Assembly (NCBI RefSeq): GCF_000234805.1
Contig: NC_016645.1
Location: forward strand, 656,391 to 720,390
DNA: 64,000 bases
Direction: 5' to 3'
From: Pyrobaculum ferrireducens
GTDB lineage: Archaea; Thermoproteota; Thermoprotei; Thermoproteales; Thermoproteaceae
How positions within the stretch are numbered: position 1 is the stretch's first letter; every line of letters begins with the position of its first letter. The notes below the pieces were generated by a model, which saw only the letters and a program-made list of their open reading frames with translations, was not told the origin of the DNA and searched no databases. Positions 36,544-45,784 of this stretch are shown piece after piece. The position numbers and the translations under genes were made by a program.

Positions 36544-37470
36544 ATGTGGATACGCAAGTCCGCGGGTAGGTACGACCTCGCCCACAGCGGGGTGGCAAGG
36601 ATTGAGGTGCCCCCGGCAGACTCGGCGCCTCCTCCGGAGGAGGTAATTGCCGAGATGTACGGGATTTCCGAGAGGGAGCTGGCCCTAACCGCGGGGGCTC
36701 AGGAGGGGAACCTGCTCGCCTTCCTCGCGGTGAGGCCCGAGTACGCCGTTACGGTGGCTCCGGAGTACGAGCCCATTACGAAGCTCGCGCCGGGTCTCGG
36801 CGTCAGGCACCTACAGGTGGGCGACGTGTGGGAGGCCCCGCTGAAGCCCGGGGGCGTTCTTATATTCTCAAACCCAAACAACCCCACTGGCCGCTTCCTC
36901 ACGAAGAAGGAGCTATATGAGCTGGCCGACGAGGCGAGGAGGCGGGGGGCCTACCTAATAGTGGACGTGATTTTCTCAGACTTCGTCACGGACGACTTGA
37001 GGGGGTGGCCTCTGGAGAACGTGGTCTTCAGCCACAGCACGGACAAGTTCTACACCACCGACACGAGGATGGGATGGGCCTTCGGCGACCCTGCGGTGGT
37101 GGAGAGGATAAGGTTCTTGAAGGACCTCGCCAACCCCGGCCCCAGGAATCCCGAGAGGAGGGCCGCGGCCGTCCTTCTCTCGAGGAGGGCGGAGGTCAAG
37201 CAGAGAAACCTCTCCATCATTGCCCCCAACGCCGACGCGTTGAGGCGGGCGTTCCCCGACGCCGTCTACACCCCCCACATGCCCATAGCGCTGGTGCCCA
37301 CCAACTGCGACGACTACAGCCTCGCGCAGAGGCTCCTCGCCCACGGCGTCAAGACCGTCCCCGGAAGGTTCTTCCAAGCCCCCAACGCCATACGCATAGG
37401 CCTAGGCACCGAGGAGCCCACGCGCTTCAGAGAGGCCCTCCAGATACTTACACAGCTCTGGTGCCGGTGA
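36544..37470 (+). CDS. class I/II PLP-dependent aminotransferase (HisC/CobD-like)
   Basis: FSNPNNPTG motif and SHSTDKFY (PLP lysine). ATG 36544 preferred; the ORF-track start at 36367 overlaps the upstream minus gene. Confidence 0.75.
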   Translation: MWIRKSAGRYDLAHSGVARIEVPPADSAPPPEEVIAEMYGISERELALTAGAQEGNLLAFLAVRPEYAVTVAPEYEPITKLAPGLGVRHLQVGDVWEAPLKPGGVLIFSNPNNPTGRFLTKKELYELADEARRRGAYLIVDVIFSDFVTDDLRGWPLENVVFSHSTDKFYTTDTRMGWAFGDPAVVERIRFLKDLANPGPRNPERRAAAVLLSRRAEVKQRNLSIIAPNADALRRAFPDAVYTPHMPIALVPTNCDDYSLAQRLLAHGVKTVPGRFFQAPNAIRIGLGTEEPTRFREALQILTQLWCR

Positions 37471-38093
37471 AGCCGGTATACAAATGCATCCACTGCGGCC
37501 TTTATACGGAGGCGTCTACCCACTGCGGAGCACCCGCCCAGCTAGTAATAGACGGCGCCACCCGGTTGCGGGCATCTAAGCTACTTGCGCTTGTCCTGCG
37601 CCACGACCCCGCGGCTCTGGGTATTACTCTAGACCGGGGCGGCTGGGCGGATACAACAGCCGTGCTCCGGGGCCTTGAGAAGGCCGGCGTGAGGATAGGC
37701 GCGGAGGAACTGGCGGCGATCGCCGCCCTCGACGACAAGGGGAGGTTTGAGATAGACGGCGGACGTATAAGAGCCCGCTACGGCCACAGCATAGACGTAG
37801 ACATTCAATACCCGGTGAACACCTCGGTGAAGACGCTCTACCACGGCACGTCCCTCGACTACCTGCCGTCGATTGAAGTCAACGGCGTCCTCCCGATGAG
37901 GAGGAGATACGTCCACCTAGCCGCCGATCTGGAAACGGCGTGTCTCAACGCCAGGAGGAGACCGAAGCCTGTCGTTTTAGAAATTGACGCAGATTGCGTC
38001 AGAGAGGAGGCGCCGATCTACAAGGCGACGCAGAAAATACTCCTCACCGGGTATATCCCGGCGAGGTGTGTAAAAAAAGTGGTTATCTGTTAA
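37467..38093 (+). CDS. kptA: RNA 2'-phosphotransferase KptA/Tpt1 with N-terminal CxxC...HC knuckle
   Basis: GTG start overlapping the aminotransferase stop (GTGA). Conserved HGTS and R..H segments. The ORF-track ORF 37005..38093 carries a spurious upstream extension. Confidence 0.75.
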   Translation: MKPVYKCIHCGLYTEASTHCGAPAQLVIDGATRLRASKLLALVLRHDPAALGITLDRGGWADTTAVLRGLEKAGVRIGAEELAAIAALDDKGRFEIDGGRIRARYGHSIDVDIQYPVNTSVKTLYHGTSLDYLPSIEVNGVLPMRRRYVHLAADLETACLNARRRPKPVVLEIDADCVREEAPIYKATQKILLTGYIPARCVKKVVIC

Positions 38094-38104
38094 ATTACTT
38101 CTAA

Positions 38105-39004
38105 TTACTTCTCCCTCTTCCCGCCGCCGGGGCCGCCTCCGTGCGCGGCCTTGGCTGACCGCGCCTCGCTGATCAGCTCTCCAATTGAGCGTCCAGACAC
38201 CAGGTCTTTGATAATGCGTTGCCTCGCGGCGATGTCCAGACCCCTCAGCTCGTGCAACAGCGCGGCTGTGTTGTTGAGCAACGCGATGCGTTCCGCCGCC
38301 CACTGTCTTGGGAAGCCCGCAATCTTCACCCTCTCGAAGTGGTCAAGTAGCTCCCTAATCCTTGCCCTGGCTTTCTCCACTTCGATAAGTATATTCTCAA
38401 TATCAGCATCAGACATATTTCCAGCAGATATCCGCTTTCTTATCCGTGCTTCCTCGTTAATCAGCCACTTGGTAAGATTCAGCCACTTAATCCCAGCCTC
38501 GACAGCTTCCACCGCTTTATCAGAGGCATTCACTAGCCGAAGCATATTCCTAACCCGCATGAGCACCCCGAGCCCCTTTTCAGTACTGTTTAGCAACTCC
38601 GCCGCGTCCCTCGACGCGTTTAGAAACCTATAAACATTGCCAATAGTCTTGTTTAGATGCTTCCCCAACTCCCTCACCGCCGCGAGGCGAATCTGGCTAA
38701 TCTCCCAAAACACCCTCTTGGCATCAGTCACATTGAGAAGTTTCAACTCGCCAACTCCAATCATTGGCTTAGGCGCCGCGCCAGCGCGCCCAATTATAAA
38801 CGTTTTATTAATCTCAGACAGGAGAATCTGACACTGTGGCAAGGTAAAGTTCGCGCCGGTGGTATTTACATACAGCTCAATAGCTTTACACTTCAGCCAA
38901 AGGTGGAAATCCATATTTCCAGTAGCTGAGGTGTCGGCGCCGTAGGCCAAGGCGGCGAGGAGCACCGCCGTCACCACCGCTGGCACTATTACTCTTCTGG
39001 AGTC
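38105..39004 (-). CDS. secreted coiled-coil protein with many N-glycosylation sequons
   Basis: Signal peptide RRVIVPAVVTAVLLAALAYG. At least 11 N-x-S/T sites; heptad-rich. Confidence 0.55.
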   Translation of the reverse strand, partial: DSRRVIVPAVVTAVLLAALAYGADTSATGNMDFHLWLKCKAIELYVNTTGANFTLPQCQILLSEINKTFIIGRAGAAPKPMIGVGELKLLNVTDAKRVFWEISQIRLAAVRELGKHLNKTIGNVYRFLNASRDAAELLNSTEKGLGVLMRVRNMLRLVNASDKAVEAVEAGIKWLNLTKWLINEEARIRKRISAGNMSDADIENILIEVEKARARIRELLDHFERVKIAGFPRQWAAERIALLNNTAALLHELRGLDIAARQRIIKDLVSGRSIGELISEARSAKAAHGGGPGGGKREK

Positions 39005-39041
39005 CATGAGCCCATGTACACGGGGGGATTTAAAGAGCCGC

Positions 39042-39082
39042 CTAGAAACCACGCGCGGAACTCTTAAATTCACAGGCGGAAC
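39042..39082 (+). repeat. conserved intergenic motif, copy 2: ctagaaaccacgcgcggaact-N14-gcggaac
   Basis: Lies between a TATA-like gatttaaag (39028-39036) and ATG 39092. Confidence 0.55.
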
Positions 39083-39091
39083 AACGGCGAC

Positions 39092-39745
39092 ATGCTGATC
39101 CTCCTAAACCTCACGGCGCCTCCAATCCTCCTGCTATTCCTCCCAGCCGCCGTGGTGGGCAACTACACACTCCCAGCCCCACCCCTGTCGGACGTAGCCG
39201 CCTTCACCCCCGGCGGCGCCCCGTTGCCCACATGGGTTGTGAATGGCACTCTGTATGTACTCCAAAACGGAGACCCCGCCGTGGCTGTATACATCCCCCG
39301 CTTTGAAAACACCACAGGTATATACAGAATTACAGTGAAAAGCGGCACAGTCGTTGTCCAGGCCCCACCCGGCGTCATGATACAAGACGTAGACAAGCAA
39401 CCCACCAACGTAGTAATTAACAAAACCGGCCTATACCTATACCTAACAGCCCCCGTCACCATAACCTACTACTTCTTCACCATAACAAAATCATCCACCA
39501 CAACCACGCCTACCACCACCACGCCCACCCCCAGCAAAACCCCCACAGCCACGACGCCCGCCACCGCGACGACACCCACGGCGCCCCCCGTCACCCAGGC
39601 GCCCACACAGACATCCACCCCAGCCACCACCCGCCCATCTACTCAACAAACCCAGCCGGAGTGGCTACCTACGGCCGGGGCCGTTGCGGTGGCCGCGGCG
39701 GCCGCCGCTGGTGTAGTTGCCTACGTTTTAAAAAAAAGAAAGTAG
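39092..39745 (+). CDS. surface protein: signal peptide, beta-rich domain, Thr-rich linker, C-terminal TM anchor
   Basis: TTTTPTTTTPTPSKTPTATTPATATTPTAPP linker, then AVAVAAAAAAGVVAYVLKKRK. Confidence 0.55.
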   Translation: MLILLNLTAPPILLLFLPAAVVGNYTLPAPPLSDVAAFTPGGAPLPTWVVNGTLYVLQNGDPAVAVYIPRFENTTGIYRITVKSGTVVVQAPPGVMIQDVDKQPTNVVINKTGLYLYLTAPVTITYYFFTITKSSTTTTPTTTTPTPSKTPTATTPATATTPTAPPVTQAPTQTSTPATTRPSTQQTQPEWLPTAGAVAVAAAAAAGVVAYVLKKRK

Positions 39746-39963
39746 ATAGAGGCGACTGTGCCGATTTAAACGAGGTAGACAAGGCGATACTAGAGGAACT
39801 AGCGCGGCGTGGAGGCGCAACTGACCGCGTGGAGCTACATGAGGCGCTGAGCATACCAAAAACAACGCTCCACCGCCACCTCCACAAACTAGCCAGGTAC
39901 GGCTACGTGCGGCTTGTACAACAAGGCGGGAGGCAGAGAGTAGAGCTAATCAGGAAGTGTTAA
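39742..39963 (+). CDS. small winged-helix regulator (start codon uncertain)
   Basis: LNEVDKAILEELARRGGATDRVELHEALSIPKTTLHRHLHKLARYGYV. No canonical start immediately upstream; the ORF-track start at 39661 overlaps the previous gene by 85 nt. Confidence 0.45.
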   Translation, partial: VDRGDCADLNEVDKAILEELARRGGATDRVELHEALSIPKTTLHRHLHKLARYGYVRLVQQGGRQRVELIRKC

Positions 39964-40000
39964 AACCCGCAAAAATTTATAGACAAGACTCATTGAGAAT

Positions 40001-40291
40001 ATGGCTAAGTTCGTGGTGCTGTCGAGGCTGACAGACGAGGGAGCAAAGACCGTCTTTGAGAGGCCTGAGCGGATAAAAGAAGTAAACAAAGAGCTTGAGT
40101 CCTACGGCGTCAAGGTCTTGGAGCAGTACGTCGTGTTTGGCGACTACGACTTTCTAAACATTGTCGAGGTGGAGGATGTAAATAAATTCCTCAAAGCCAT
40201 GCTAGACCTGAACAGACGCGGCACTATTAGAACCACCAGCTACCTCATAATCCCCGTAGACGAGGCCATCGAGACGCTGAAGAAAAAATAA
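40001..40291 (+). CDS. GYD-domain protein
   Basis: 96 aa; conserved FGDYDF (GYD) core. Confidence 0.7.
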   Translation: MAKFVVLSRLTDEGAKTVFERPERIKEVNKELESYGVKVLEQYVVFGDYDFLNIVEVEDVNKFLKAMLDLNRRGTIRTTSYLIIPVDEAIETLKKK

Positions 40292-40523
40292 TATTTTTCC
40301 CTCGTTCTACACATCCTTCACACACGCCGTTAGGTATAATATCCAAGTGGAGCTATTCCGCAGGTCGTCGGGCTCGGCGCCTACCGGTAAGTAGCTGACT
40401 GCACGGCGGCTGGGGCCGTTGCGGGGGTTGGCTACTCCGGGTGTTGACCCTTTCCACTATTCCTCTGTATACAGATGGGTATACGTAAGAGTAAACTTTT
40501 TAAGACTTTACGAGGGGGGTGGT

Positions 40524-40760
40524 GTGAGTGATGTCATATCTGTGAGAGTTAGAAAGGAGCTGAAGAAGGCGCTGGAGGATCTGGGTATTGACTACGCAGA
40601 GGAGGTCCGGCGTTATCTAGAGGAGCTGGTGGCTAGGGAGAGGAGGAGAAGGGCCTTGGAGAGGGCCCGCCAGCTACGGAAAACTCTGGAGAGGGAGGTC
40701 GGCGTCTTGCCTACCGCGGCTGAGCTGATTAGGGAGGATAGGGATGCGGATAGTCGCTGA
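40524..40760 (+). CDS. vapB: VapB-like antitoxin (RHH/CopG-type)
   Basis: GTG start. ISVRVRKELKKALEDLGIDYAEEVRRYLEEL. Overlaps the vapC start. Confidence 0.6.
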   Translation: MSDVISVRVRKELKKALEDLGIDYAEEVRRYLEELVARERRRRALERARQLRKTLEREVGVLPTAAELIREDRDADSR

Positions 40761-41142
40761 TGCCTCGGCGATCGCCGCTCTGTACCTGCCGGAGAAGCTG
40801 AGTGAAGAGGTGGAGAAGGCACTAGCCGGGGCCGACTCAGTCTCTTCGCTTGACTTAGCGGCGTACGAGGTCCTCAACGTGGTGTGGAAACGCGCCAGGC
40901 GGGGCCTCATAAGCCGGGAGGCGGCTCTCGAAATCGCGGGGGAGGTGCTTCAGCTATTTAAAACCTTGGAGGTGTACAGCTATAGGGAGGTCCTCCCCGA
41001 CGCCCTAGAAATAGCCCTGGAGAGGGGAGTCACGGTGTACGACTCGGCATATGTAGCCCTAGCTAAAAAACTAGGCGCAACCCTCCTGACGCTCGACAAA
41101 CAAATCGCTCAAGCCTTCCCCCAGATTGTCTACAGGCTGTAG
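40744..41142 (+). CDS. vapC: VapC PIN-domain toxin
   Basis: MRIVADASAI... with PIN acidic residues (D5, E.., D.., TLD). Confidence 0.8.
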   Translation: MRIVADASAIAALYLPEKLSEEVEKALAGADSVSSLDLAAYEVLNVVWKRARRGLISREAALEIAGEVLQLFKTLEVYSYREVLPDALEIALERGVTVYDSAYVALAKKLGATLLTLDKQIAQAFPQIVYRL

Positions 41143-41318
41143 AGCTAGAAACGCCGCCAGCGCCTCGCCGAGCTGGGGCAGAGGTTGTCGTGTCGATTCT
41201 CGGATACGCAGACATCGGACATGTACAGGTGACGCACGTCCATAGGCACTCCGTCGTCGGGCGGGTAGATACAATGAGATCAAAGCCGCCGAAGTAGCTA
41301 ATAACCCCTAATACGTAT

Positions 41319-41912
41319 GTGGAGACTATATGCCTCCAACACACATCTGTCGCCGCTCCCCAGCCCACAACTCCGCCGCCGCAAGTAGCCTCGCCGCCTC
41401 CACCCGAAGACGACGGGGCTTTTCATATTCTGCGACCCTACGGCGCCGCCATAAGAGCGCTCCTCCGGAAAGCCCCACATACGGCGAAGGAGGCCGAAGA
41501 CGTCCTTAGAGAGGCGTTGCCGAGCCACGATCCTGAACGAGTCCTAGACACAATCGCCGACATGGGCGTCGTAGCCGCCAAGCTAAGCGGGGCGCTAATC
41601 TATACAGAACTAGCCGCGGGGGTGGCTAGGTGCCTAGACTACGTAGGCGACGAGTTGCTAGCCGCCATCCCCATAGCGCACTGCGCCGCCAAGAAACAAA
41701 ACCAAGCCCCACAAGCCACGCTATGCCGCGCCCTAGCACAAGGCGAAGTACCACCACGCTATACAGAGCTAGTGGAGAAAGCCGTCGAAATCTTTCTTAA
41801 AAACGCCCCGCCTCAGTGCATACCATACGCCGCCAACATACCCAAAATAGCCTCCCTACTGAGCAGAGACAAGTCTCCATCTACATCGATCAACATAGCT
41901 TTAAGTCCTTAG
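41319..41912 (+). CDS. hypothetical protein
   Basis: 197 aa ORF with no motif recognised. Confidence 0.4.
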   Translation: METICLQHTSVAAPQPTTPPPQVASPPPPEDDGAFHILRPYGAAIRALLRKAPHTAKEAEDVLREALPSHDPERVLDTIADMGVVAAKLSGALIYTELAAGVARCLDYVGDELLAAIPIAHCAAKKQNQAPQATLCRALAQGEVPPRYTELVEKAVEIFLKNAPPQCIPYAANIPKIASLLSRDKSPSTSINIALSP

Positions 41913-42624
41913 CCACCAGACTAATCTCCTCCCCGCTCCTCGGTGCTCCTCTTGGGGTTGCTCACAAGCGCCCTCTTCCCCTTACTGTTTTAATGAGGCT
42001 GGCCTAGGCCAGCACGGCGGGCCATGGCGCCTCCGCGCCGGCCGCGGAGCGTCTAACCACAATGCCTAAATCGAGTCAAGTTTAAAGCCTTAACCTGCTC
42101 TAAAGGGCGAGGTTTGCAACCGCCATTATCATGACCGATCAAGCCGCAGACCTGGGCGGACCCGTTGCAGCGATAAGGCTATTTTTAATCCATAGCGCTG
42201 GATTAATCCCTCACCCACCTCTAGATCTATTACGGCGTGCTTTACAACACCGTGTGAAGAGCAATGGTTTCCAACATCTAAAACCCCCAAAGACTTTTAT
42301 CAAATCGCCCCGCCTAAGAGCCCTTTCCACCTTATGAATCCCAGATGCGCCCATTGACCCGCCGGCTCTCTAACAACGATATAGACAGCCCCCTCCAGCA
42401 CTACGTGCGGAGCTTCTATCACATGAAAATAGGCAATATATTAAACTATAAGATCGGGGAGACTATTAACATTTTGTAAGTTTGGGTTCTAGTTTCAACG
42501 GCATTTGCAAAGCGCTTTCGCACAGCAACATGCCAAGTTTGTAGTATGGTCGAGGTATCAAGATTTCGGCTACGCCTCTGCGGGGGGTTAGGCTTATGAT
42601 TTATATAGTCGATTTGGGTGGCGG

Positions 42625-43476
42625 GTGTGGTTTGAGATTCTGTGGCGTGGGGCTTTGGTGTTTGTGTCGGTGGTGGCTGGGCTCTACGCGGCGGGGAGGT
42701 TGCTCTGGCGTGTGGAGAGGCTGGCCGGGCCTATTTCGAGGAGGACTGGGGTGCCCGCGTCGCTCGTAGCTCTGGCGGTGGTGGAGGCTAGGGCGCCGCA
42801 TGTGGCTCTGGCGGAGGCCTACAGGAGGGGGGTTCTGGAGTTTCGGCATTTGCTTCAGTTCACCTTTGCGACGTGGCCGCTGAGGGTCGTGCTTCTCCAC
42901 CTGCGGATTGGCGTCATCCCGGTGGCCCTTGGGGCGCTTGGGTGGCTGGGCGCGGCGTATCTGGGGCTTGTCTACCTCTCGGCGGCTGTTGGGTTTCTAA
43001 TCGCGTGGAGGACGAAGGTGAGGTGGCCCGACATGTCTGCCGAGTTGAGGAAGCTGTCGGGGGTGATGGTGTGGAGGCAGGCGGCTTCTGTCACACTGCG
43101 CTACCTGGCCTTTGAGGCGGTGTTTATGGCGCTCGACCTGCTGGGGATTCGGATATCTTTTGGGTGGCTCCCGCTTTCGCCTGAGGCGCTCGCGGTGGCC
43201 TCCATTGCGGCGTTTAGGCCGACATACGGAATTATGGCGGGGGCCCCCGCCTTCCACTCGGGGAGGATCGGGGCCGTGGAGCTACTCTTCGCGCTCCTCC
43301 TTGGACGCGTGGTCTATATGTCGGTGTACGAGTTTCCGAGGTCGGCGGTGCAGTTCTACGCCTCCATCTATCCGCCGGGGATCGCCGGGAGGCTCACCGC
43401 GTACACTGCGGCGGTTATGTACAGCACCGCGGTTCCCGTGCTGGCCGTGCTTTTCCTACTGATGAAGGGGGCATAA
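42625..43476 (+). CDS. hypothetical polytopic membrane protein
   Basis: 283 aa, seven or more TM segments. TATA tttatata about 20 nt upstream. Confidence 0.5.
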   Translation: MWFEILWRGALVFVSVVAGLYAAGRLLWRVERLAGPISRRTGVPASLVALAVVEARAPHVALAEAYRRGVLEFRHLLQFTFATWPLRVVLLHLRIGVIPVALGALGWLGAAYLGLVYLSAAVGFLIAWRTKVRWPDMSAELRKLSGVMVWRQAASVTLRYLAFEAVFMALDLLGIRISFGWLPLSPEALAVASIAAFRPTYGIMAGAPAFHSGRIGAVELLFALLLGRVVYMSVYEFPRSAVQFYASIYPPGIAGRLTAYTAAVMYSTAVPVLAVLFLLMKGA

Positions 43477-43492
43477 GGATTTATTTCTCCTC

Positions 43493-43987
43493 GTGTATAG
43501 CGCCGTGGGAGGGCTCGGCGGCGGTCTGTGGGGGAGCGTGGCGGCTGCGGTGGTTATACTGGCTGTGCTGGGCATGGTGGGGCTCTACGGGGTTTTCTAC
43601 AAACCTGCTCTTGTCTTGATGACGGCGCTTGTGGCCATAGCAGTTTTTGTCTATCTTAGCTTCAGGTCTGCGCTGGGAGATAGGCGCTTCTCTCTGCTGG
43701 GCCCCCCAGTCATTGGGCTCTCGGCGGTTGGGGTGGCGCTCCTATGGCTCGGCCGTCCAGAGGGGGCGGGGGTTGTAGCCGCGGCGTATTTCGGAGAGCC
43801 GGTGCTGGGGTACTTCGTCTACAGGATGCTGGCGTCTATCGACAAGTTCTGGGCTTTGGTGTTCCTCACGTCGGCGGCGGCCTACGCCTACAGCCTCCCC
43901 GCCGTCCTCCTGGGGCTGTGGGCGGTTCCGGCGGCGGCGGACTTTGTGAAGCTTGTGGCGCTTCTCTACTTCGTTAGGCGGGTTTGA
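43493..43987 (+). CDS. hypothetical membrane protein
   Basis: 164 aa, four or five TM segments. Confidence 0.45.
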   Translation: MYSAVGGLGGGLWGSVAAAVVILAVLGMVGLYGVFYKPALVLMTALVAIAVFVYLSFRSALGDRRFSLLGPPVIGLSAVGVALLWLGRPEGAGVVAAAYFGEPVLGYFVYRMLASIDKFWALVFLTSAAAYAYSLPAVLLGLWAVPAAADFVKLVALLYFVRRV

Positions 43988-43988
43988 T

Positions 43989-44903
43989 ATGGAGATCCGG
44001 CCAGTTGGCGAGGAGTCGCTGGGAGTGCGCTCTATGTGTCTCTACGTGGAGACGAGAGACGTCCGGATTCTACTCGACGCCGGGGTCTCCCTCGCGCCTC
44101 GGCGCTTCGGCCTCCCGCCGCACCCCCGGGAGCTGGAGCGGGCCAGGGCCGTGAGGGCCGAAATATTGAGGCTGGCGGAGGGGGCCGACGTGGTGACAAT
44201 AAGCCACTACCACAGAGACCACTTCACGCCGTGGTACCCCAGCACCTACATGGCCACAGACGGGGAGACTTACAGAAGGGTGTACGGGGGGAGGAAGGTC
44301 CTCGCCAAGAGCCCCCACGACCTTAACTGGTCGCAGAGGAGGCGCCACTACGGCCTCGCCAAGGCTCTCCAGGAGGCGGGGGCGGAGGTGGCATACGCCG
44401 ACGGGGGCGGGTGGCGTTTCGGGGGGACGGTGGTGAAGGCGTCGCAGTCTCTGTGGCACGGCCCGGCCGGCTCGAAGACGGGGAGAGTCGTGGCGTTCGC
44501 CGTCTTGGACGGGGAGGAGAGGCTCGCCTTCGTGCCAGACGTGGAGGGTCCCGTAGAGCCAGAGCCCGTGAATTTCCTCAGAGAGGTGAGGCCCACGTTC
44601 GTGGTGCTGGGCGGGCCGCCGACTTATCTCAACTGGGAGCTTGACAAGGCGCTGGCCTATCTACGGGAGGTGGTCGACCTAAGGCCCAGGGTGCTCGTGC
44701 TGGCGCACCACCTGCTGAGAGACGCAGACTGGAGGGAGAAGGTTTCGCCGGTGTTGGAATACGCAGAGCGGAGGGGCGTCACGGTTACGACCTACGCGGG
44801 GTTGCTGGGCAGAGGCGAGGAGCTACTAGAGGCGCGGAGGAGGGAGCTCTATCAAGCAGATCCTGCCGAGGCCGCGGCACGCGACGAGGACGAGGAGGAT
44901 TAG
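43989..44903 (+). CDS. metallo-beta-lactamase-fold hydrolase (UPF0282-like)
   Basis: ISHYHRDH (HxHxDH variant). Start MEIRPVGEE preferred over the ORF-track start at 43953. Confidence 0.65.
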   Translation: MEIRPVGEESLGVRSMCLYVETRDVRILLDAGVSLAPRRFGLPPHPRELERARAVRAEILRLAEGADVVTISHYHRDHFTPWYPSTYMATDGETYRRVYGGRKVLAKSPHDLNWSQRRRHYGLAKALQEAGAEVAYADGGGWRFGGTVVKASQSLWHGPAGSKTGRVVAFAVLDGEERLAFVPDVEGPVEPEPVNFLREVRPTFVVLGGPPTYLNWELDKALAYLREVVDLRPRVLVLAHHLLRDADWREKVSPVLEYAERRGVTVTTYAGLLGRGEELLEARRRELYQADPAEAAARDEDEED

Positions 44904-44949
44904 GCCGGAGCGCCCCGGCGCGGGCGGGGGTTTTCCTTTCTGCATGTGG

Positions 44950-45399
44950 CTAGTAGAGCCAGCGGATGTTTACAACTCTTTTCCTGGTCTTGAGAAGTGT
45001 GACGTTGTCGAAGTCTGAGTCGAAGGTTAGGATGTGCGAAGTGGCGAGCTGGTCCATGGTTGCGAGGGTGATGCAGTCTGTGAAGCTTAGATCTCTGTCG
45101 TATTTCTTTAGATATGTAAGGGCTTGAGTCAATATTTCTCTGTCTGCGAGAACTATGTCGAGCCCCCCCTCGTCTATCTTTTTTAGAATGGCCTCGGCTA
45201 CGGAGGCGGCGTGTCTTCTATCTACCCTGTATGAGAAATATGTCACTAGTTCGTCCAAGATATGATCGGTTATGTATGGGTGGTAGTTTTCGAGCACCTT
45301 CGATAGCTTGAGGGCTTCTGCGTGGTGTCTGTCTCTCTTGTTTAGGTAGGCTACGAAGTAGGAGGTGTCAATGACGACTTTTTCTGTATAAGATGTCAT
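44950..45399 (-). CDS. PIN-domain (VapC-like) protein
   Basis: VVIDTSYFVAYL ... TLATMDQLATSHILTFDSDF. Confidence 0.7.
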   Translation of the reverse strand: MTSYTEKVVIDTSYFVAYLNKRDRHHAEALKLSKVLENYHPYITDHILDELVTYFSYRVDRRHAASVAEAILKKIDEGGLDIVLADREILTQALTYLKKYDRDLSFTDCITLATMDQLATSHILTFDSDFDNVTLLKTRKRVVNIRWLY

Positions 45400-45667
45400 C
45401 AATCTTCTCAGAGGCGTCTTCCTCCAGCTCAACTGCCAGGTGGTCGAGGTCCGCCAGATTTAGGGGCTTTCTACTCCTCGTTCTGTAGTTTTCTATGAGG
45501 TGCTCAATAACTTCGTTTAGGCTGACCTCCTCCCCCCTGGCCGCCTCGAGCTCCCCCGCAATCTGCATCAACCTCTTCTTTGTCTCTGTCCTGATTTTAA
45601 TAGTAGTGTAGCCCACGGCATCTTGGTATACCTGGTATAAAATACTTACCTTACAAACCTGCTCCAT
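45368..45667 (-). CDS. putative antitoxin partner of the PIN protein
   Basis: Small ORF immediately upstream of and overlapping the PIN gene. TIKIRTETKKRLMQIAGEL is RHH/AbrB-like. Confidence 0.45.
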   Translation of the reverse strand: MEQVCKVSILYQVYQDAVGYTTIKIRTETKKRLMQIAGELEAARGEEVSLNEVIEHLIENYRTRSRKPLNLADLDHLAVELEEDASEKIDDILYRKSRH

Positions 45668-45784
45668 AGTGCGCCGGTGGGCTGGGGATCTCTGCGGCAT
45701 ACGCCGTTTGACGTCTGTGGGAGGGCTGGGCGGCGGTTGTGGTGTGGGTGGGTAACTAATTTATTTCCTTTCGCTTCTCTGGCT

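Noticed and set aside
37005-37466. N-terminal 154 codons of the ORF-track ORF 37005..38093
   Set aside because: Overlaps the aminotransferase gene out of frame, with Arg/Gly/Pro-rich junk. KptA begins at GTG 37467.
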